Shown here: piece after piece, positions 39,201-49,900 of the stretch
Numbering within the stretch: the stretch's first letter is position 1
Layout of the letters: the number at the start of each line of letters is the position of its first letter
Assembly: GCA_047967505.1 (NCBI GenBank)
Contig: CM106538.1
From: Dipteris shenzhenensis
Lineage: Eukaryota
Reading direction: 5' to 3' (one strand)
Length of the DNA: 64,000 nt
Made by a program: the position numbers and the translations under genes
Notes under the pieces: generated by a model
What the model was told of the DNA's origin: nothing
The model's input: the letters and a program-made list of their open reading frames with translations, nothing else
The model's database searches: none

Positions 39201-42200
39201 TTGGGAGTACAAACCTATCCTTAACCCAGAGGGCTCTGCTGCATTGTTAGTGGCTTCACAAGTCCTGCTTTTCTATGTGGTTCTATGACATGAGTTTTGG
39301 TACTAGTGCTGTGGTTCTGTGGTTTTCTCTTACAAAGCCATGTCTACGAGGGGGTAGTCAAAAAATAGTGCTAAGATTAAGTTTAGAATGTGTGGCTGCT
39401 GCTCTTTTTAGGATGTTTTGATGCATTTTAAGAATCTTCTCTGTTTATAGTTGGAAGCTTCTGTCTAACTCAGTTTGATCGTTGCATGCTTGTTTCAGTG
39501 GGTGGTCTTCTAAATGCCACTTTTGGAAATGCAACGGAGATGATACTTTCTCTCTTTGGTCTCCAGAGTGGGTTGCTTCGTGTGGTACAACTCTCTCTTC
39601 TAGGTTCCATTCTCTCTAACATGTTGTTAGTGTTAGGTTGTGCCTTCTTCTTTGGTGGCCTGGCACATCCCAGGCATGATCAGTGTTTTAACCAGGCAAG
39701 ATATGAAATTCTTTTCTAACTGCAACAGTCTGTTTCAAATGTTCATTGTCTAGCTCTTCCAGACTTTAATTATCATTTGCTGAGGGATATTTACCCATCT
39801 TGGTGTTTGACTGCAGACAGCTGCTGCAATGAACTCTAGCTTGCTGTTGATGGCCGTAATGGGTCTTGTTTTCCCTACAGTCCTGCATTCTACTCACACA
39901 GAAATCCAGGACGGAGCGTCAGAAGTCTACCTTTCAAGATTCAGCAGTTGCATCATGCTTCTGGCATATGCCTCATTCGTTTTTTTCCAGTTGAGAAGCC
40001 AACAAAAGCTGTGCAAGCCTTCAGATAATGTAAGTAAAACGTTCCTGGACAGCTTTTGTTATGATATGCAGTCGACGAGGTGGTTTTCTAACATACATGC
40101 AACACTTTAAATAATCAAATTACTATTTTCTTTATGCATTCGATGAGGTGGTTTTGTAACATACATATCCACACAGGGCCAAAATGACCTATAGGACCAA
40201 ACAGAACTTGATACAACTAGATGTTCCCTCTCTGGGGGGTGTTAGTTATTAGCTGATGTCCCTGTGTTCTAGGAGCCATGCAAGATAAATGCCTAAAGCT
40301 GCATGTGAGGTGTTGACCTGGGCTAGGCGATGTTGCAGACAAGTACATTCTTGAAGCAGCTCTCTGAAATCAGCCCCTATGTGTGTGTACCTCGGGCATA
40401 CAAGTGCCAAGTGTTCTTGTATTTCAGGCATATGAAGATCACATAGGGTGCAAGTCCTTTTAGTTACTTCAATGCACATCCATCCCCCACATTCTATCCT
40501 CAGAGTATGTCTAGTCCTTATAAGGATGATTGCCTGTCTTGCACATTGTGACATTGGTGTCCTGATGTGCATTTGGGCTTCGGGTTTGCATGTGGGGTAT
40601 GAACTCCAATACTCAGGATTTATGTGCTCAATGTAGTATTCAAATTTGGATCTATGTTTTGATGTCCTCCACTTGTTATGAAGACCCTCAAAATAATGGA
40701 ATCCAATCTCACCCGAATCCATGCCCCTTGCTGGCATGTTCAAGTGGTTTGCCACACCCCATTTCAAGAACCATTTCCTCATGTCTTGCACCCAGCTTGA
40801 TGATAAGAATGTACTCTTGTGTCTTTTAGTGTTTGGACCCCACTTCCCATGTTGTCAGTGGTAGGTAGTGTGATGGCATATTCCTAATCTTTGTGAAGTA
40901 TTTGAACACCCGTTGCATTGCTGTTATTTCCAATGGCCTTCTTCCAGTTTCTTTGAGTAAGAGTGTAGCACATGAGATTGATTTGCTATACATAGTGCGA
41001 GGCTGGAATGTCATTGCTGAGAGCCCCTAAGAGCTTCACTGTACTAATTAATTGAGACTGACTGTTCTATCCCTCCGTTGCATTTCGTCTTGCATTCCAG
41101 CCTCTTGTCTTATGAGGTCTATCAGTTTTGGAACTAAGTTTAAAGAGACCAAGCTCTCAGAACAAGTATCCTTAGGCTGGCCACAATACTTTGGGAAGTA
41201 CGGACTCAAAATTAGGTTTCCACACTTAGGTAGACCCATGACTGCAGTAGCTGTATGAAAACTCTCTTGAAAGCGACTTTTATTTATAAAGTTTTATGCA
41301 GGGACAAACATGATATATGCTGGATATGCTGGGTCTTTTTGTGTCCACAGCACTACCTAGACAAAGTGGCTGCAACACTAGCTAGACAAGGTCTTGGGAT
41401 GTTGCAGGAATTTCTGCAGCTGCCTTACAAAAACCCTTGTAACAGTGGCATGATGCCATGCAGCTTTGTAGAATTAGCAATTCTAGAGATAGAATCTTTG
41501 TGGTGAGACATCCAAGTTTAGAACCAGATACCATGTGAACAAGTAGAACTAGAATTGAAGAGATTCAAGTCCACTCATAAGAAAGTAGATAACGATAGGC
41601 TCTGAAATTACGAGGTCAAATCTCTCCTGTATTTTATGTTAGAATCTTCTTGACAAGTGTGAGCTTTTAGCCTCTATTTTTATGTTAGATTCTTCTTGAA
41701 AAGTGTGAGATTTTTTAGCCTTTTAGCCTCTATTTGCTTAGGGAGAGTTGTGGTTATAGATCCAAAGGTCATAGCAACCTCTGGACTAGAAAAGAGAGAT
41801 ACTATTCGACTTGAACAGAGGATAGTGCTAGTGTGGACCACACACTTTTGCAAAGAAAATGAATCATGACTCTAGGTATCAAGGAGGGCCTCACAACTAT
41901 CTTGAGCGGCTATTATGTCTACCTGCATATTTTGGCTCTCATTTAATCTGATCTTTTACAAATCCTTAGAGAAATGTGGGATCGGTTCCCTGAACTTGCA
42001 ATGATAAAGATCAAGAAAGCATCGAGCACACCAAATGTTCTAGGTTGTCAAACTGCCTATGCTGGGAGCAGAGACTTTAAAAAGGGAGGCTGATCCTCTT
42101 GGAAAGAAGTGAGGATGCTGCGATGAATATACCTAGCAGGAATCTCAGCTTGCATCTCACATGAAAGAAAAGTGGCCGATCCCTCCCAGCAAACGAAAAG

Positions 42201-45200
42201 ATGGCAACAAAAAGTGTTGGAAGAGGTTTATAGTCGAATCAAATGAACTGAGTAGCAACCCAAAGGGATTTTTTTCAGCTTCATTTGTCATGGAGTAATG
42301 AGCCTACAGAGAAGGGAGGTGCCAATAAGATGACAAGTGTGAGAAAGTAGCCAGCTGCAAGGCTGCATGCTGGTGATTATGATCATGACAAAGTTTTGGG
42401 ATTTCAAAGAAAGGTTTGGCTTAGGGCTCTCTCGAATTCAGTCTTTTTCTGGCTCTTTAGTTCTTCAATTTGTTATGCTCAGTAACATATTTTCATCCTC
42501 TTATTTTGGTATCATGAGATTCGAGGCTCTCTTGGGCAGTTTGCTTTAGGTCCCTTTTTCTCTTAGGTTTTAGTGTGCAAATAATAAAGTTCACCTTTTA
42601 ATTTGGTATGTTGGATTTTGAGCATGCTAATTCCTGCTAATGATTTGGGATCTCATTCCTCCTCTTGACCAAGAAAATTTCCTCTGTTGCAGGAACATCA
42701 AGAAAGTGCAAAACAATCCAAGGAAGAGCAAGAAGAAATCCTACTTGGGCCATTGGGTTGTTTCTTTTGGCTAGGAATCATAACTTTATTAATATCACTT
42801 TTGTCAGGAAATCTTATAAATGCAATAGAGGTATTATACTCCAAACTTTGAGAACCAAAAGCTGTATTTCTTGTGCAGTTAGTTCATAGACCTGCAAATT
42901 TTGCATATTGCCTAGTTGGTTATGGACTTTCTATATATGTTTTTTGGTCTCTGAACGACAATAACAAATATTTTCTCTAAAACCTACTAGTGGCAACATA
43001 GATATATGAACCACTGACTGTTTGAATGCTACTCAATGATCTGTACATCCTGGATGATATAAGTTCTAGGAAATACCCATCTGTGCTTTTATGGACTACA
43101 TCTTTGTTTCTGTAAGAGTGAAAACAAATGTTGCAGGAAAGGGTGGTCTTAGATTGTAGAATCTGTTGGTGCTCAAAGAGAAAGTGCTTGGATTTTTGTA
43201 TAGGGTGCATTAATATGGAGGAAGATTTAGGTGGAGCAATTGTTAATGACTGGGAACTGGTACTTATTATGTAGGGTGCCTCTAAAACATGGAAAATTCC
43301 AATGGAATTCATCAGTGTCATCATAATACCTATTGTTGGCAATGCTGCTGAGCATACCAGTGCCATTTTGTTTGCAATGAAGGACAAACTGGTGCGTAAT
43401 AGCTATGAGGATTTTAGAATGTCTTTTTTGTTTCATAAATTTACTGGATGAGTATGGATTGTTCTTTTTCTCTTTAGGATTCTCTGAGTGCATCATCAGT
43501 TTATTCTTAGATTTTCTGAAGGATGTATGGGTAAATTTATCAGGATCTCTCTGTGAGTGTCGCCATTGGATCATCAACACAGATATCAATGTTTGTGGTA
43601 TGAATCACAATTTCATATAGTATTCTGTTAATGATTTGGCTTGTTGATATTGGCTGCATAGACTCAAACAAATGCTTGCAGTATTGAAACGTTGAGTTAC
43701 ATGCCTAAAAATGTAGTTCTTGTAATATGTATATGGTATCTAGGTTAGCCTTGGGAGCTTATGGGATAGTTTTACTTGCTGTAGATGTTCATCTCTAACT
43801 TTAGTACTCTAAGTTAGATCACTTGTCAATGTCTTCTAAAACTGCAGCTAGGTGTTAGTTGGAAAATATAGTATAATACTTTACCATGAGGACCAAGTCC
43901 TCCAACCTAGGATAAAATAAAAGATACAAGTGGATGAATAGACCAAAAAGGTGGATAATCGTCTTGGGCAAGAATATGTCTCCTATGCCAACAAAAATCC
44001 AAAATGCCTTGGAATGTGAGCGAGAATGGAATGAAACTCTTATGCCATTTGGGTTATGTACCGCATTTGAGTTTCTCTGATTTTGAATTTTGTGAGCACT
44101 GTCTCTACAGGAAGTAGACTAAATCAGCCCATAAAAGAAAGGGAAAGAAAGAGTTTGAAAAGCTTGATTTGGTGCATTCAGACATATGTGGTCCCACGCC
44201 TGCACGGTCATTAGGCGGGGCTGAATACTATGTGACATTAATTGATGATGCAACTAGGAAAGTGTGGGCTTATGCTACAGCTCGGAAGAGTGATGTGTTC
44301 CAGGTATTTCAGAATTGGCTGGCCTTGGTTGAGAATCAGTCAGGTAGAATGCTTAAATGCCTACGGACTGACAATGGTGGAGAGTATCTCTCTCATGACT
44401 TTCAGCATTTTTGTGATACACGTGGGATTAAGAGGGAGCTCACATCCCCTCGTACTCTAAAGCAAAATCCAGTTGCAGAAAAGATGAATCGTACGAGGGG
44501 TGAAAAGGTGGGAAGGGGAGGCTTGATTAAGCAAGTTTTTAAAACAACCCTATTTCACTCGTCTCCTCTCCCTGCTCTGCCTTCTTACCCCCCCCCCCCC
44601 CCCCTGCCCCCCCTCTCTCTCTCTCTCTCCTACGTGCTGCCTTCACTCTCTCTCTCCCAACCTCTCTCTATCCCTCCTTCCCCTCACCAGCTGCCTACAC
44701 CCTCTCTCCTCCCTACTCACACACACACTTCTACGTCCTCTCTCTCTCTCTCTCTCTCTAAGCCCTCCCCGCCTCCTCTCAGCCCTTCCCGCACCCTCTC
44801 CCATCTTTTCTCAGCCCTTACCCTCTTCCTCTCTCTCCCTTACAGCCTTTCCTTCTCTTGTAGCCTGTTCATTTGCTGTTGCGCTCTATAGTCCGTGGCT
44901 TGTAGCCCATACCCCGTAGCCACCAGAAGCCGCAGCGCCGCCACAAAAGAAGTCAGCAGCCGCCGCCAATAGCAGCGCCCCCACAACAACAACTAGCAGT
45001 CATCGCCACCAGAAGCCACCATCCGCCTCAACAAGGGACACGCAACCCCAAGGTTTGGGCTGAGCCCCAAAACCCAACTGTGGGGGTTAGTTACAGCAAG
45101 GGGTGCCTAAGTATATGCAGGCCACTATGGATGTGGATGCCAAGACACCTGGGGCCTTCCCCAAGATCAAGACACTTGTCTCGACCCGACAAAAGTACTA

Positions 45201-46088
45201 TATTCCACCATTGCATCTCTCCCCTCACCTTCCCCCTATGTGTTTGCAAAGACACCTTCCCCATATGCAAAGAACTATCTACATCAGAAGAGAATGGTAA
45301 GCATGATAGACCCACAAGAGCATATTTATTACTTACAACAGGAAATCCGTGAGCTCAAGCTCAGACTTGCAGCTTTAGAGAGGAAAACAGATGCATACAC
45401 CACAGATGGTGACTAAATTCTAGGACCTGGTTACAAATCACCTCCAATCAGTAAAACATGAAATTATAGCAACACTGGATACTAAAGTTAACACATCGGA
45501 TGTGTATGAAGAAGTACAAGAATAGGAAAGAAGGTGGCTAATACATGACTTGTACGCATAGGGGGGCTACCAGAGGACTGGTTTGAAGGAACTCAAAAGG
45601 AAAAACTGGAAAATATCATGGAAAGAACCCCACAATTAGAATGGGCTATTGAAGATGTAATAGTTGTCTTACAGGAGGGGACACAAGCCAAAGTATGCTT
45701 CCAGAAAAAGAAGAAAAGAAGCAAGATTCTTAAGCAAACCAATAAGCTAAAAGGCACTAAAATATGGATAGCGCAGGAGCTCACCCCAACTCAGCTCAAA
45801 ATGAAGGCCACTAAATTGGCTAAAGTGAAGGATGCTCGAAAGGAAGGAAAATGGGCTGTTTACAAAGATGGAAAAGCACTTATAAGAGACTTCAAATCCA
45901 AACCTAAAGACTCTCAGTCTTAAACTAATGTAATGCAGACCGGTTATCGTTGGTAGTAGACAGTTAACCTATAATAATTTTGTGAGTGCTATATACCCCA
46001 AGAGACTCTCAGTCTATAATTGATGTTTTTGTGTTCACCTTTTTTGTGTGTGTTTGTCCAATAGGCCTGTGGGGCCTCCCGAGGATGT

Positions 46089-46130
<42 letters not shown>

Positions 46131-46900
46131 GACTTGAGGAGCACTTTGTTTGCAGATGCCCTTTATATTATGAGATCCGTGGCAGATTTCACTGTTTATT
46201 TGGGCACGGATTTGGACCTCTCTCTCGGATTATGGAGTATGAGGATCAGTATTGCTTAGCGTTGTTCATCAGGGAGATCACGAGATACAGAGAGATTTCT
46301 CAGAGAGCACTGTCGCATCCCTGCCAGAGACCTAGTTATTCATGAGGAGCAGGACGAGGCGCAGGACCATGAGCACAGAGATAGCCCATCTTGCCAGAGA
46401 GCACCGATGGTTCCACCCCGAGGATGTATATATGACATGATCCGGCAGCACCGCAGGATGATCTTACACAGAGGCCGTACCCGTCGCTTTATTTCTAGAC
46501 GACGGAGGATGATGGCAGATTTTCGGAGGAGATTGGTCCATGGAGACTTGGCACCGCCAGCAGCCCACTTGACACTTGCCCAGATCTTCACACTCATGGC
46601 AGGAGGCATGGTCGATGGCCATGACTTCCATCATTTCTTTGGATCACAGACCCCTTAGGGAAGACGATGTTCCTCATATTTCATATTTTACATTTTGTAT
46701 CTAGGCATTTTTGGTACTCTATTTCATTTCATTTTGTATCTAGGATTTTTGTAGCCATTTTTGGCATCTTAGCTGTATTACGATGAGGCCACCTAGTTGG
46801 CGCATCGTTGATGATGTATTTTCCTTTCGGATGATTTTGTGTCCCATAGGCCATGTATGGCCTTCCGTGGACCTTTAATAAAATTTCTTTCTTTCTTTCT

Positions 46901-46935
<35 letters not shown>

Positions 46936-49900
46936 ACTTGCCCGTGCGCTCCTGCTCCTGTCTCCGCTCTGTTGCTCCGCCCGCCCATTGCTTCACCCCC
47001 AACTTGCTCTCCTCGCAGCTTCTATGCCCTTTGCAGCAGCTCACCCGCATGTTGCAGCTCCGCCCGCGCAGCTCCTTCACCTGGCTGCCTCTCCGCCCTT
47101 GCACTCTGCTGCTACACTGCCCGCACGCTCTAGCTCCGCCCTGCCTCCACCATAGCCTTGCTGCCCCCGCCACAGCCTCTGCCGTAGCCTTGTTGCCCTG
47201 CCCTTTCGTCCGCCTACTGCTCCTTCCCATCAGCTTATCACTCCACGCTCCACGCAGCCCCCCCTGTCACGAGGGCAAAGTTTCCCTTTTCTCTTTTTTC
47301 ACTTTTTTTCTCTTTTCCTTTGCTCCCCCCCCAACCTCTAGCCTCTAACCTACCCCCCCCCCCCCCCTCCTAGCCTCTCCCTTAGCCTCTTGCCTCAAAC
47401 TCCCCCCCCCTCCTAGCCTCTTTTCTCCTCATTGATCTTCAGCCCCAGGCCTGGGTGTGCCTCCCGCCGTGGGTGGGGGCTCTCGCTCCTGCTCCTGCAC
47501 TAAGACCTGCACCACCAAGGTTACAGAGATCAGTCCAAAGAAAATGGGAAACACTCAACTAAGCTCCCGCGAACTCCCTCCCTCCTCCGTTCCCCGTCTA
47601 CCCCCCCCTCGCGTGCTGTGTGGCCCTCCCTCTACCTCCGTCAGCTGCTGCCGCGCAGCCAGCCGCCCCCCTCTCCTCTTCCTCCGCCCGTCGTTCCTCC
47701 CCTCCCCCCTCGCTACGCTCTGCTCACCTCACCCCGCCTCGCTCTGCTCCGCTCCGCTCACCTCACCTCACCCCGCCTCACTCCGCTCCGCTCACCTCAC
47801 CCCCTCTCCACCCGTCGCCCCCCCCCCCCTCGCTTCACTCCTCCGCCCTGCTTCCCCCCTCGCCGCATTCAGCCCCCCCCACCCGTCCCACCCCCTCGTG
47901 TGGCGCTACCAACCCCCTCGCCCCCTCCTGCCCCTCCCCGCTGCTGCGCCACACTGCCCCCCCTTTTTCCCTCCCCTCCTTACCTCTCCTCCCCACCCCC
48001 TCGTGTGGCGCTGCCACACCCCCCCTTCCCCTTCCTCTCACCCCCCTGCGCTGCGCTGCCCCCCCCCCCCCTCTCTTTCTCCTCCTCTTCCCCCGCCAAC
48101 CCTTTCGTCACCACCTTCTTCCCCCCCCGTTTTCCCATACCTCTCCATCCCCCCTTCCCCCCGCCTCCACATTAATCCCATCCCCGTTCCTTCCGTTTCC
48201 TTTCCCTTCCCCCGCCTCGGAGAGTTCGCAGTTAGTCAAGCGATATGGCGGCTACGTGCCCGGAACCGGTGGCCCAGACGGCCCCCCCCCCTCCATCAGC
48301 CTATCGCGTTACATTGATAGAGCACCAGGTCTCCTTGGTGAAGCAGGCCGCCACGGATTTCTCCCAAACATCTGTTTATGGGAGAGTCATTGGCTACTCC
48401 CCTTCACGAGCATACATCAGGGACTGGTTACAGTCCACCCTCTACCTCGAGGACAGTCACATTGAGGAGGTTGCACTCATGGGACGTGGCATCTTCTGGC
48501 TTAAGCTCTCCTCAGCACAGGCTGCGAGCGACATGGTCAGGCGATCCCCTACTTTTGTGGGTGGGAAGATCATCCTCATGGTCCCATGGTACAAGGGTTT
48601 CAGTGTAGCGGACTTCGATGCCCGCTTTCGCATTCCTCGCCATCCAGTTACCCTTATCTTCCTAGGTCTCGCAATCGAGCTTCGCCCGATCATCAAGGAC
48701 CTGGGGACGCACTTTGGTTGGCCTATGCAGGACACCTACGTTGATGCGGCGGCAGCCCAAGGGGTGCCACATGTCAAAGTGGCAGTCCTTGATCCACAGA
48801 GCATCCCCTCGGAGTTCGAGATAGAGACAGACACAGGTGTGGTGACGCAGCGCATTCTGGTCACTGGTCGCCCAAACCAGTGTCTGAGATGCCATGGCTT
48901 CGGGCACCAGGCGCGCTCATGTCCTCGCTTCACGGGTACAGAACCTCAGAAGACCCCCGTTCAGGCAACTCAGGATACTCCGCACCAGTCAGCGACATCC
49001 CCTCCCGAAGGGGAAGGCTGGACGGAGGTCAAACGAAAACGGAAGGGAAACAAAGCAGGCCCCAAAAAACCTGCCCATCTACAGCAAGAGCCCCCTCCGA
49101 TGGTCCCTACTCATCAGCAGCCCGGTAAGGGGAAGGAGAAGGGAAAGGAGAAGGTCAGCCAACCTCCCCCTTATCCTTCACCCCGCCCTCCTCCCCCTCC
49201 CCCCCCCTCCTCGATTCTCCGACCCCCACCCCCTTCAGGATTTCCCTCCACACTGGTGGTTTCCACTCCACTCTCTTCCTCGAGCACGATCCAGAGGGAA
49301 TCCCCCCCTCCACCTGTGCCACCTGCAGCCCCGAAGCCAACACAAACCTCACCCTCGCCTATCCCTCTGGGCCCGGCGGAGGGGAGAGGCCCTTCCCCGC
49401 AGGTGGCTAGCACCCCTCCCTCTGGTTCAGACTCCTCATCTTCGTCCCCATGCCCAAGGGCTGCTCCTAGAGCTCTTCCATTGGAGTTTTATCGAGCAGG
49501 TCCTTGGGATTACTTGGATGCAGCGGGTATTGGCTCCTTCCCCACATGCCTAGACATCAGCATCTTCTTCCTCCGTAAGGGGGGGGAGGGTAAGGTGTCC
49601 ATCCTTGCCCCACACGATGGTCCTAGCTATTCCTTCACTATCTCCAGTGAAGGGAATGAGCAATGGACGAATGAAAATGTTTGGGAGACGATACGAGACC
49701 AGTCCCAGGAGCAGGTGCAGGACTGGATTGGTAGCAGAGCAGCGGAGCTTCTTCAGCAACAGTGGCAGGAGGGTGATGTTCGTCTGTGTTGGTGCCACAT
49801 CGCCAAACGTTTCCGACTCCTGGTCATTATTAGACCACCGCTGGAGTGGGCCTACGCGGAAGGGCTTCGCCCATGGAGGACATCAGAGGTAGCGGGCTTC

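Noticed and set aside
42977-43387. 136-aa minus-strand ORF
   Set aside because: It is antisense to CAX exon 8 and its intron, with no independent coding evidence.
47441-47481. Possible HDV-like ribozyme (GCCTCCCGC resembles the P3/L3 loop)
   Set aside because: I could not build P1.1, P2, P4 or the catalytic-C junction. Kept only as a homologue of the 5' stem-loop.
47457-48465. Pro-rich ORFs of 185-286 aa resembling extensins
   Set aside because: They arise from the C-rich L1 5' UTR, where stop codons are rare.
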